A DNA stretch of 64,000 nt, from contig PFEU01000008.1 in the NCBI GenBank assembly GCA_002793515.1, forward strand, positions 6,824 through 70,823, written 5' to 3'. The position numbers and the translations under genes were made by a program. How positions within the stretch are numbered: the stretch's first letter is position 1; every line of letters starts with the position of its first letter. Source of the DNA: Candidatus Uhrbacteria bacterium CG10_big_fil_rev_8_21_14_0_10_48_16. Lineage in GTDB: Bacteria > Patescibacteriota > Patescibacteriia > UBA9934 > GWF2-40-263. A model generated the notes under the pieces. It was not told the origin of the DNA. It saw only the letters and a program-made list of their open reading frames with translations, and searched no databases. Of the stretch, positions 19,603-29,266 are shown piece after piece.

Positions 19603-22110
19603 CTATTCAACAACCTCGACCGGAGCATCAGCTTCTGGATCTGATTCCCCTGTTTCATCCGTTACTTCTTCAACGACTTCTCCTGGATCAACATCTACCA
19701 CTCCGCCCTGACCTCCTTGAATCGGTTCTGGAATACTTGTTGTTGTCTCACCTGCACGCAATCGTGCAAGACGCACGGATGCCACCTCATTCTCTGGATT
19801 AATCTTCACAACTTGCTCGATCGCCGAAATCGCTCCTTCGATATTTCCTGAAATTTCATACATTGAGGCGAGATACCAAAGCGCATTTGAATAATTCGGG
19901 CTTATTTCCACAATCCGCTCAAGTTCTTGTTGAGCAATAGCATACTCTTCTAATCGAATAAGCATTTGTGTGAGTTGAAAAGAGAGCCCGATATCCGCTG
20001 GATTATTATTTCGCAGAGCCACAAGTCTTTCTGTCGCCTGTTCAAGCTTTCCTTGTCGTTCATAGGTCGCTGCCAAGTAGTAATGCGCTGGTAAGTAATC
20101 AGACTTCAATTCTGTTGCCTCAAGAAACACTTGTTCTGCTGTCGAAAGAAGGTTTGTTTCTTGCTCAACGGCTTGCTCCGCAAGTTCTGCATCATCCGCT
20201 GTTGTGAGGTTTCGCGCTCGATCGGCAACCGTAAGATACACACGACCTAAATCTGTTCGATGGATAGGATTGTTCGGTTCAAGTTGAATCGCGTTGATAA
20301 AAGATTGGGCTGCAAGCTCCTCAGCGCCTTGCGCAAAACTCATGAGGTCTCGATAGATGGCCCCACGCACGGCCCAGTTTGAAACATAATTCGGTTCAAT
20401 AGATGTCGCGCGAGCGGCCGCTTCAACAGAAGCCGTTACGGTATCAACAATCTGCTGTGTTTCCTCAGCTGTTCGTTCTTCTTCTCCCGCTGTGAGGACA
20501 ATCAGTTCACGCGCTTTCATCAGATAGGCAGAACTAAGATTCCGTTGATACACATCGCTAAATCCATTGAAGGTGACAGCTCGATTCAACTGAGCAATAA
20601 CCTCATCAACCGTTCCTTCCTCTGACGTATCGATTTCTACCGCTTTAGCAAACGCCACCTCTGCCACATAGCGAGAACCTGTCACAAAGAGAGACACCAC
20701 GACAACAACGGCCACCATCGCAAACGCAAAGGACGTTGCCAAACCGAGTCGTGGAGATCGAGAAAAATCACTCGTCCACGTTTTTAACGAAACCTGGGAT
20801 GCGAGCAATCCCGTAAATCCCCAAAGCAAGAACGTCATCGTAAAGTTTGAAGAGTAGAGGATATGTGTCAGGAGAAGAATAGACCATCCTGTAAATATGA
20901 CGTACGTCATCTTCCACTCCTCGTGGTCACGTTCAAACACCAACCGCCCAATAGCCTTTACCGCAACCCATACCATCAACACGAGCCAGAAAAACGTTCC
21001 AACAACACCGAGCGTTCCCAGCGTCGTTATGAGATCACTCTTCGCTCGATCAAAACGCAAAGACCAAAATGGCGAAGTGTTCACTCCTACAGGCTTGAAT
21101 GCCAAATAATCATACAGATAGGTTCCTGGTCCTGATCCAAACAATAAGTTACTCGTATTTGAGGAAAGAACCTGCTTCGTAATATCCCAACTTGTTCCAT
21201 AACTTGGAGAAACAACAATGGGGAGATTCAACTTAAGAGGGCTTGGGAAAAAGAGAAAGAGGATACTGAGCCCCAGCACGACAATCGGAAGGGCAAATCT
21301 TCGTGGATTAGGAAATTCTTGCGCCTGAATAAAGACGAACGTTCCTAACAAAAGAACGCCAACGATATTAATCACCCAAAAAACCCAAAAGTCTAAAGCC
21401 ATCAGTCCAACAATATTCACACCTGTCACGAAAACGATCAGCATGCGAAGGAACATTCCGCTTCCTCCCTCTGGAATCACACGATCACGACCCTGATGGG
21501 AAACGAGCCACATGGCAAGTCCCACAAACATGATCGTCGTCATAAATGAAACAAATCCATTGATTGTTCCGATCGTATTGAATCCTATGGATTGGGCAAA
21601 CTCAAATGGAAGATGAAGAATATCAAATATCCCAAGCAGTGCTATGAGACCAGAAAGTGCAGAGGAAAGAAAAAGCGCAAAGAGTACATGACGTTGTACA
21701 AGCGTATCTCCAGCCGTATTCATGAGCATGTAAAACAGCACAACGAACAACATCACAGAAAGAAAGCTTGTGTACTCTTGTGACGACTGCCCTACCCAGG
21801 TCTGATATCCGGCCAAAGACGTGAGAGAAGCAATAAGAACGGAAACGAAATATAATCCTGGAATGACATTTAACCATCCAGACCTGAAGGTAAATTTCTT
21901 GCTTGAAACCATTTGTCCAAGCCAAGCAACCAAACCGACAACCGTGAGCACTACAAAAAGAAGCTGTTTATTGTGTTCAAGAACACTGGTTGTCCAAGGA
22001 AGGAAAAAGATTGGGACGAGAAAAAAGAGGAGATATGTCGCCCAACGTGTGATCACCCCAAAGAGAGGCATCTCCTGACCACGACGTGATGATGTTGCAA
22101 CAGTGGACAT
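19603..22110 (-). CDS. Multi-TM O-antigen-ligase-like protein fused to C-terminal TPR repeats
   Basis: About 13 TM segments with LFGSGPGTY and a degenerate ligase-like loop (RFDRAKS...LGTLGVVG); TPR-like AIQLEPNNP, YLPAHYYLA and SPNYSNALWYLA; acidic tail. Confidence 0.72.
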   Translation of the reverse strand: MSTVATSSRRGQEMPLFGVITRWATYLLFFLVPIFFLPWTTSVLEHNKQLLFVVLTVVGLVAWLGQMVSSKKFTFRSGWLNVIPGLYFVSVLIASLTSLAGYQTWVGQSSQEYTSFLSVMLFVVLFYMLMNTAGDTLVQRHVLFALFLSSALSGLIALLGIFDILHLPFEFAQSIGFNTIGTINGFVSFMTTIMFVGLAMWLVSHQGRDRVIPEGGSGMFLRMLIVFVTGVNIVGLMALDFWVFWVINIVGVLLLGTFVFIQAQEFPNPRRFALPIVVLGLSILFLFFPSPLKLNLPIVVSPSYGTSWDITKQVLSSNTSNLLFGSGPGTYLYDYLAFKPVGVNTSPFWSLRFDRAKSDLITTLGTLGVVGTFFWLVLMVWVAVKAIGRLVFERDHEEWKMTYVIFTGWSILLLTHILYSSNFTMTFLLWGFTGLLASQVSLKTWTSDFSRSPRLGLATSFAFAMVAVVVVVSLFVTGSRYVAEVAFAKAVEIDTSEEGTVDEVIAQLNRAVTFNGFSDVYQRNLSSAYLMKARELIVLTAGEEERTAEETQQIVDTVTASVEAAARATSIEPNYVSNWAVRGAIYRDLMSFAQGAEELAAQSFINAIQLEPNNPIHRTDLGRVYLTVADRARNLTTADDAELAEQAVEQETNLLSTAEQVFLEATELKSDYLPAHYYLAATYERQGKLEQATERLVALRNNNPADIGLSFQLTQMLIRLEEYAIAQQELERIVEISPNYSNALWYLASMYEISGNIEGAISAIEQVVKINPENEVASVRLARLRAGETTTSIPEPIQGGQGGVVDVDPGEVVEEVTDETGESDPEADAPVEVVE

Positions 22111-22121
22111 AGTAAAAACAA

Positions 22122-22604
22122 TTACTGATTAGATTTGTACTGCTGAATAGCTTGAAGAACTTTTGAATTCTCGGTCATGTTCTCGAAAAAAAGAATATGA
22201 CTGACATTAATTTCCATTTGGTCCTCTGGACCATGCGCTTCGCTTCCAAGTTTTGTCAGAGAAAGATTTGTTTCTTGATCAACCGCAACTCCTGATTGAA
22301 GATAAAAAACATCTCGCAAAATATAAAAATCTTTCCTTGTTTTTTCAAGTTTCCCAAAATACACCTGACCATTATCAAGAAACACGGCTTGATAGTCATC
22401 CGAATTTGAACTCACGGAAACATCAGAGACTCCTGCGGAACCATCCATTGATCCCTTATTTTCTTGTGTGTAGTACCAAGCCCCACCTAACAATGCGATA
22501 AAAAGAAGAATCGTGATCCACGTCCAAGCCCCAAACCTTCTTTTTCCATTTTCTTGTTGAGGACGACCGATAGGACCGCGACTCATTTTTGATTCAATAG
22601 CCAT
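22122..22604 (-). CDS. Single-TM hypothetical protein
   Basis: N-terminal TM followed by YQAVFLDNGQVYFG...LTKLGSEAHGPED. Confidence 0.8.
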   Translation of the reverse strand: MAIESKMSRGPIGRPQQENGKRRFGAWTWITILLFIALLGGAWYYTQENKGSMDGSAGVSDVSVSSNSDDYQAVFLDNGQVYFGKLEKTRKDFYILRDVFYLQSGVAVDQETNLSLTKLGSEAHGPEDQMEINVSHILFFENMTENSKVLQAIQQYKSNQ

Positions 22605-22687
22605 AAAAAATGTAGTAAATACGCTGGTTATCTTACCGGATCAACAAGGGAGTCACAAGTTTAGATGTGGGTAACAAAGAATAAATT

Positions 22688-22718
22688 AAAAGACGAGACC
22701 CCATAGATCTCGTCTTTT
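22688..22718 (-). terminator. Terminator after the giant protein gene
   Basis: AAAAGACGAGA-9 nt-TCTCGTCTTTT. Confidence 0.75.
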
Positions 22719-22729
22719 CTTGTCCCTAT

Positions 22730-25700
22730 TTAAAGGCTCTCATCAACAATTGGATCCGTGGTCACAGAAGTCTCCTCGACAACAGGCGCTTCGTCAACAA
22801 CGGGAACTTCCTCTTCAACGACTGTCTCTTCAACAGACTCATCAATAACGACCGGAGGTTCTTCTACGATTCCCTCCTCTTCCACAGGAGGTTCTTCAAC
22901 ACGAGAAGTTTCCTCGACAACAGGCATCTCTTCTACAACAGGAGCAGGAGCAGATGGACCATTTTCACTCGTTACAGAAATTGATACCCATCCATCATTC
23001 AAATCTGAAACCGTGACTTGCGCATCCTCAACACCCACCGCAATCCAGTTGAACTCAACCTGTGCGCCAGAAGTTGATGATGGACGGTTGAGGGTAAATC
23101 CGGTCTCATCCTCATTGCTGATCCATGCTTCGCGTGCGTCAGCGGAGTTTGATCGTGAGCTAAACGTTACAATTGGCTGGAATTGATAAGGAGTTTCAAA
23201 GGTCACACGGACTTGAGTCTCCTCAGAAGCCATGCGGATTCGGCCTGCCATATCATGCGATCCATAAAGATGTTCTGCAATCGTGACGGAACCCTCAAAT
23301 TGTGCATCGGAAGCCGTAATAGAATCAGCAGAAACCACTTGAACAACCGTATTCGTTCCGCCTTGGAGCGTTGTGCTCTCAGAAATTGGAGAGTACCACA
23401 TGTTATCGACTTTCACCGTAATCTGACCGGTCCCAGCAGAAAAACTCTCCATCGCCATTCCAATAACAGGTCCCGCCGTCGTTGCCTTCATAGCGTACCC
23501 TGGAAGGGTGGCAGAACTAGTCAGGTAATCTCCAATCTGGATGGCTCCATTCTCATCTGAAACATTCACTGGAACTCGTCCGGCAAGAGCGACAAGGGCT
23601 GAGAACGTAGATTCCCCTTCTTCTCCAAGAATCAATCCTGGTTGCGTTGTCACAACTCCCATCAACCCTTTTTGATACGCGGAAGTACTTGATTCCACGT
23701 GCACAGGTGTTCCACTAGCAACGAGAACGTCACCAGACTCTACGTCCTGTGTCGCAGGGAACCACTCAGCAAGGTCGACTCCTGTTTGTACCCCGCTCTC
23801 ATCCATCCAACTCAGAAGTCGAGCTTTATCCGTTGCATTTTTTCCTTCACTCATCCACATGGTCGTATCCCCAATCGCCGTTGTAATATCCGCAGCCCCA
23901 CAATCCAGTTCATCATTTCCCCCATCGGTGTTATCACAATCAAAAACGGTTGCTCCGATATGTTCAATCACCCAAATCTGCCCCATATTATCCCCATCAA
24001 AGGCTGTAACCGTTGCGGCGTCCTGTGTGAAAAATGATCCTGTTGCCACACTTGGCGTTGTATCGGTCCCGAGTGCTTCCTGTGTTCCAATATCGAGAAT
24101 TCCGTCAATTTGTGTATGCCCTGCCGTTGAAACGGAAAAGGCCTGATTGTTTACATTTACGGCAAAATCCCAACCGGTTCCGATACTTACTGCCGTTGCC
24201 ATAATCTGCTCATCTCCTCCGATATTTTTTGTAAGATTTCCAATGTTCAGCCCAAACAAATTGTTCGTGAAGGTTCCGGCCCCATCAGCCGACAACGTCG
24301 CGGTGAACGGATCGATGGCCATCACATTCCAGACATCATTTGCATTTCCATCCGCATTATTATCCGTAAACTGTGGTGAAATACGGAAGATATTTGTCGT
24401 CACGTTGTCCCCCACATCAATATCAAGAACCAATCCCTCAACGTTATCCATAGCAATTTCCTGTGTCTGGTTTGTGATAGACAAAAGGTCTGTGTTAGGA
24501 GCTTGAATTCCATGATTAATGCTCATTGTATCTTCTAGATAGATTCCTTGATCCCAACCGGTTCCCTGAATATATAATCCGTATTCATTTCCATCACGAG
24601 GAACTCCTATTAATGGATCAACTGAGATCGCATAGAGATTGTCATCATTTGCTTCATTGGCTGAATTCTGAAACACAGCAACTTGTAATGCTTTATGCGT
24701 TTCCGTCACGTTTCCTGCTCCCCCTGCGGTGAGTTCAAAATTAATGGATGCTCCAACGACGTTTCCACCTGGGGCGTTATTCACATCCACGTCCATATCC
24801 AAGCTTCCCGTTGTCTTTGTTGAATCTGTTGTGGCCGCATCTATCGTAAGAGCGTCCGTTGCTCCTAACGTTGTTGTTAAACCACCGCCAGCAAGTGTTA
24901 CAAGATTTGAAGAATGCGTCAGGGTAATATCACCATTATTAAAATTGATGACGCCACCGTTTGCGAGGAATAGATCTGACCATTGGTTTGATGTCCCTCC
25001 AAGGGCACTTCCATCGTTTGCGGCTGGTTGTAATGCCGTCCCTGTAAGGAGAATTTCCATTCCACCTGCAATGGCAATCTCAAGAGTTCCATCAACATTG
25101 ATGTCGTAATCCCAACCATTCCCGATATACAATGCGGATGTTGTTGCTGTTCCTGCACCAGCCTCAGTCATGGACCCAACATGAACTCCCGTATAGGTAC
25201 TTGATCCAGCAGAGACATCATATGTCATGTCTGAAAGAGAGATCATACGATTTACATCACTCCCATCTGAATTCCACGTTCCATCCCCTCCATCGATTTC
25301 AAGGGAAACTCCGCTTGCATTATTGTGATCAAGCGAAATCGCCATACCACCAGCACCCGGAGTTGCAGACACATCTCCTGATCCTAAGCTGAAAAGTGTT
25401 GCCGTAGGCGATCCATCACCATCAACATTCATCGTGGCGCCATCAACAACCCCAACGTTAAAGTCTCCTGCGGTATTTGTTGTTGATGTAGCATTTCCAA
25501 CCGTAATTGTCCGTCCTCCACCCGTACCAATATTAATCGCTTGAGGATCGTTATCATTCCCAATATTGATGACGTTTGTTGAGTTAATAGATAGAGCCTG
25601 ACCTGAGTCAATATCCAACGTATTTCCCGAATTTAATGTCATGGCTGAATCTGCCGTAGACAAGGTAAGCGTTCCGCTGGTTCCAGAGGTTGAAAGTGCG

Positions 25701-28700
25701 TTAATCGCAATCGCTCCTCCTGTTCCGCCAGCGTTTGAAGTGTCTGTCGAGAGCGTAATGCCACCAGACGTATCAGCTCCTGAAGAAGTTGTATTGATCG
25801 TAACGTTTCCTGCAGCTCCTGCCGTGTCAATATCAATTCCGCCTGTTCCTGCATCTACATCGATTCCCCCAGCCGCATTTGTAGCATTCATTCGAATAGC
25901 GTCAGCTGTGGCCTCCCCTGAACTAAGGACTAACGAATTAGCCGTTGCAGAAAGTGTAAGATCTCCCGTTGCTGCCGTCACGTTTGAAGCACCGGTTCCA
26001 TCAATGGAGAAGGCTCCCGCTGAAAGGACGTCAAAAGTTGTTCCTGCATCAAAATCAATCCCCGCAACAGAGCTTCCAATAAGGTCACCGGAAGTCAGTG
26101 TTGAAAGTGTGAGGTTTCCTGAAGTTGTGGTGACGTTTGAAGCACCGGTTCCGTCAATAGAGAAGGTGCTTGTCGCTAGCATGTCGTATGTTCCCGTCAC
26201 GTCAATGTCAAGGTTGGCACCAGCGTTTATATCAACAAGCGCGATACCATCAAGAATAAGGCTTCCTGACGTTGCTGTTGAAAGTGTGAGGTTTCCTGAA
26301 GTTGCACTCACATTTGAAGCACCAGTTCCATCAATGGAGAAAGCTCCCGTAGTCAAGATATCGACTCCGCCTGTTCCTGCATCCACATCGATTCCCCCAG
26401 CCGCATCTGAAGCATTCATTCGAATGGCGTCAGCCGTGGCCTCTGTGCTTGTAAGATTAATACTTGAACCAGTCGCTGTAATATCAATATCTTCTCCAGC
26501 TGACGCGCCACTCGCAGAAATATCAATTCCTCCAGCCGTTGAAGTTACGGTAAAGGCATCTGCTCCATCAGCGGTTGATTCAAGATCTAAATCGCTTGCT
26601 GTTTCGAGACGAATGGTTGAAGCATCTTGTCCATAATCAAACGTCAATGAAAGTGCATTCTCTGTAAGCGTCAATTCATTATTTGTGGCGTTCGACATGG
26701 TCAAATCATTTTGAAAATCGATGTCATAATCCCATGAAGCTGTATTCTCGATATCGATCGCTGTATCTGTTCCCCCTGCCGTTGAAGCAAGATCGAGCAA
26801 CAGACCAATTCCAATATCTGTCCCCGCCGTTCCCCCTGAAGTTAACACTCCATGAATAATGGCATTTGTTGGATTCGTTCCGTCTCCGGTAGAAAATGCC
26901 AGTGACAATGCATCCACTCCATCTGTTATCGTAGCTCCCGCTGAACTAATCGATACGAGATCCCCTGTGAGAATCCCTGTCCCTGCAATATCAATTGCCT
27001 GACCAGATGTTGAGGCTGTTGCAATGTTAATAGCATCCCCCGCAACGTTCGTTCCCATGTTGAGATCAATCGCATTGCCTGTGTGAGCGGCTGTCGCATA
27101 GGTGATATCCAAGAAATTTCCTGTTGAAATTCCTGCACCAAAATCAGCATCAATCGCTGGAGCCGTCCATGCTCCAGAAGTATCAATATCCATGAGCCAC
27201 CCAGATGTATCAGATTCATCTGCGTTCGCAATAACGAATACCTGACCATCATTATTCGTCGTGGCCTCCAGATTCACGTTAAAAATGTCTCCTGCATGAT
27301 TCCCCGTTCCCGTATCTATATCAAAAATGTTTCCTGTCCAAGCGGAATCCGTTGACGAATCAAACTGAACCATGGATGACGTAAACGCTCCAGAAGCATC
27401 TGTATTGATCAACCAACCTGGTTGATCAGACTCATCATTGTTATTAACAACGAGAACCTGTCCATCGTTATTTGTTGTTCCTTCAAGTTGAATGTTAAAG
27501 ATGTCTCCCGAGTGATTTCCTGTTCCTGTCTCCACATGGAAAATATCACCTGTCCAAGCAGCATTCCCCGTATCATCATATCTCCAAATATTTCCCGTCC
27601 AAGCTCCAGACGTGCTGGTCTCCCAAAGATCCCCACTAAAGGTTGAGCTATTTGAAAGAAGGAATGCATTTCCTGTCGTTAACCCATCAATAGAATAATC
27701 AATCCCATTCGCCGTTGTCAGAGAATCAAACGTGATATCCATGACATCGTTTGTGGTTTCTGTTGAAACAAAATTGAACAGATCCGCTCCCGTTCCAAAA
27801 TTCATGATATCCGCCCCTGTTCCCTCTCCAACATTGATGGTTCGATCAAAATCAGAGTCCCCAATCGTAATGGAACGACTTGAAGTCGTTGTATCCAAAC
27901 TCACGTCTCCACTGGCAGCGCTCAACGTTGCTGCTCCTGATCCACCCGCGTTCAGTGAGATGGCTCCATCAACGGTTGAAATCGCAACGGTTCCTGTTGA
28001 ACCAACGTTTACATCAAGACCGGCAGACCCAGGACCAGCGGCTCCATACGTATTAATCTGCATATAGGAACCTGCATCCATGATGATGGTTCCTGCGGTA
28101 TTTGTTGTGACATCATAAGCATCTAAATAGATCCCCGAAGCCGTGGCTCCGTCTGCATCCAAGTAAATCGCATCATTTGACGTATCAAGTGATTGAAGAA
28201 TCACACTTGAAGCCGTACCGCCAGCCGACGTTGAAAGCGTAAGAGCTCCCACGGACGTACTGAAATTTGAAGCGGCATCCGCGTCCAATGAAATGGCTCC
28301 TGTTCCGTCCACGTCAAACGCTTGTGCGTCTGTAAACTGAGCCCATGTTGAACCTGCATCCTGAATCACGAAGTCTCCTGTACTTTGCAAGTCAATAATT
28401 ACGTTGTCTGCAACCGATGATTCAATTTCAAAACCTCCTGTTTGGCTTTCCGCAGCATCTACCGTGATTTTAGCAGCCGTTGCTCCAAAGTTATTGTAAG
28501 CATTATCAAGATTCGAAGAGAGCCCCAACCAACTTGTTCCGTTGTACCACTTCAAATCATTGCTATCCGTGTCGTAATACATACGACCGGTAAAAGCCAC
28601 ACTTGGATCCGCCGAAGAATTTTCAATCGCCTGGGTAAAAATAGAGTACGGAGTCTTTGTCACACGAACGCGTGGCGCAAGTGTTTCAGCTCCCCCCACA

Positions 28701-29104
28701 CTGTTTGCTGTATGAACCTTCATCTCGAACCACACATTGTTCGCAAAATCAGCAACATCTGAGCCAACAGGAATTTCAAGGGTGAAGAATCCATTCGTGA
28801 CAGTTACCGCCTCCTCTCCAGAGTCCACAACCCCATCCCCATCCGCATCTGCAAACCCCTGAATGTTTGATGCAAGATTCGTTCCACCGGTTAATGCTGA
28901 TTCGATATCAAACCAGAAGTAGTACGTCCCCGAAAGGGCTGTACCTGATGCATCAAAAAGTCTTCCGTTGTAACCAATGGTCGCTGGCGCTCCAACCGTT
29001 TGGGCATTGGCTGAGAGTGGCACAGCGAGAATTCCGATGGAAAGAGTGTAAAAGACCATCGAGATCCCCACAAACGTGTGCAGGAATAATTTGGCGGTTC
29101 GCAT
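22730..29104 (-). CDS. Giant (2124 aa) secreted fibre/adhesin-like protein with a C-terminal autochaperone-like domain
   Basis: Signal peptide ending ANA; G/T/D/A/S-rich beta-repeat body with internal duplications; DLAEWF...GVVTTQPG...VALAGRVPV...GDYLTSS...GYAMKA; P/V/E-rich tail. Confidence 0.85.
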   Translation of the reverse strand: MRTAKLFLHTFVGISMVFYTLSIGILAVPLSANAQTVGAPATIGYNGRLFDASGTALSGTYYFWFDIESALTGGTNLASNIQGFADADGDGVVDSGEEAVTVTNGFFTLEIPVGSDVADFANNVWFEMKVHTANSVGGAETLAPRVRVTKTPYSIFTQAIENSSADPSVAFTGRMYYDTDSNDLKWYNGTSWLGLSSNLDNAYNNFGATAAKITVDAAESQTGGFEIESSVADNVIIDLQSTGDFVIQDAGSTWAQFTDAQAFDVDGTGAISLDADAASNFSTSVGALTLSTSAGGTASSVILQSLDTSNDAIYLDADGATASGIYLDAYDVTTNTAGTIIMDAGSYMQINTYGAAGPGSAGLDVNVGSTGTVAISTVDGAISLNAGGSGAATLSAASGDVSLDTTTSSRSITIGDSDFDRTINVGEGTGADIMNFGTGADLFNFVSTETTNDVMDITFDSLTTANGIDYSIDGLTTGNAFLLSNSSTFSGDLWETSTSGAWTGNIWRYDDTGNAAWTGDIFHVETGTGNHSGDIFNIQLEGTTNNDGQVLVVNNNDESDQPGWLINTDASGAFTSSMVQFDSSTDSAWTGNIFDIDTGTGNHAGDIFNVNLEATTNNDGQVFVIANADESDTSGWLMDIDTSGAWTAPAIDADFGAGISTGNFLDITYATAAHTGNAIDLNMGTNVAGDAINIATASTSGQAIDIAGTGILTGDLVSISSAGATITDGVDALSLAFSTGDGTNPTNAIIHGVLTSGGTAGTDIGIGLLLDLASTAGGTDTAIDIENTASWDYDIDFQNDLTMSNATNNELTLTENALSLTFDYGQDASTIRLETASDLDLESTADGADAFTVTSTAGGIDISASGASAGEDIDITATGSSINLTSTEATADAIRMNASDAAGGIDVDAGTGGVDILTTGAFSIDGTGASNVSATSGNLTLSTATSGSLILDGIALVDINAGANLDIDVTGTYDMLATSTFSIDGTGASNVTTTSGNLTLSTLTSGDLIGSSVAGIDFDAGTTFDVLSAGAFSIDGTGASNVTAATGDLTLSATANSLVLSSGEATADAIRMNATNAAGGIDVDAGTGGIDIDTAGAAGNVTINTTSSGADTSGGITLSTDTSNAGGTGGAIAINALSTSGTSGTLTLSTADSAMTLNSGNTLDIDSGQALSINSTNVINIGNDNDPQAINIGTGGGRTITVGNATSTTNTAGDFNVGVVDGATMNVDGDGSPTATLFSLGSGDVSATPGAGGMAISLDHNNASGVSLEIDGGDGTWNSDGSDVNRMISLSDMTYDVSAGSSTYTGVHVGSMTEAGAGTATTSALYIGNGWDYDINVDGTLEIAIAGGMEILLTGTALQPAANDGSALGGTSNQWSDLFLANGGVINFNNGDITLTHSSNLVTLAGGGLTTTLGATDALTIDAATTDSTKTTGSLDMDVDVNNAPGGNVVGASINFELTAGGAGNVTETHKALQVAVFQNSANEANDDNLYAISVDPLIGVPRDGNEYGLYIQGTGWDQGIYLEDTMSINHGIQAPNTDLLSITNQTQEIAMDNVEGLVLDIDVGDNVTTNIFRISPQFTDNNADGNANDVWNVMAIDPFTATLSADGAGTFTNNLFGLNIGNLTKNIGGDEQIMATAVSIGTGWDFAVNVNNQAFSVSTAGHTQIDGILDIGTQEALGTDTTPSVATGSFFTQDAATVTAFDGDNMGQIWVIEHIGATVFDCDNTDGGNDELDCGAADITTAIGDTTMWMSEGKNATDKARLLSWMDESGVQTGVDLAEWFPATQDVESGDVLVASGTPVHVESSTSAYQKGLMGVVTTQPGLILGEEGESTFSALVALAGRVPVNVSDENGAIQIGDYLTSSATLPGYAMKATTAGPVIGMAMESFSAGTGQITVKVDNMWYSPISESTTLQGGTNTVVQVVSADSITASDAQFEGSVTIAEHLYGSHDMAGRIRMASEETQVRVTFETPYQFQPIVTFSSRSNSADAREAWISNEDETGFTLNRPSSTSGAQVEFNWIAVGVEDAQVTVSDLNDGWVSISVTSENGPSAPAPVVEEMPVVEETSRVEEPPVEEEGIVEEPPVVIDESVEETVVEEEVPVVDEAPVVEETSVTTDPIVDESL
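25838..26443. repeat. Intragenic direct repeats
   Basis: About 78-nt near-identical copies at 25838-25915 and 26366-26443; three copies of TTTGAAGCACC(G/A)GTTCC(A/G)TCAAT near 25983, 26136 and 26313. Confidence 0.85.
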
Positions 29105-29266
29105 ACGTTAACGAGCTTATGAAAAATCTTGTTAAAAGATTGAAGGAAAGGTCAAGTGATCACGGCGAAGAAATCACATTCTGAAAATGGGAAACGCAAG
29201 GCCTGGGTTATGCCTAGTCATTTCATCGCCAAATCACTCTATCTCTTATGAACTTCAAAAATGATT

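Noticed and set aside
25641-26636. 331-aa plus-strand ORF, and the repeats here as a possible DGR or CRISPR
   Set aside because: The ORF is an antisense shadow. The repeats are in-frame coding duplications with mostly synonymous, non-adenine-specific differences. There is no reverse transcriptase, spacer pattern or cas gene.
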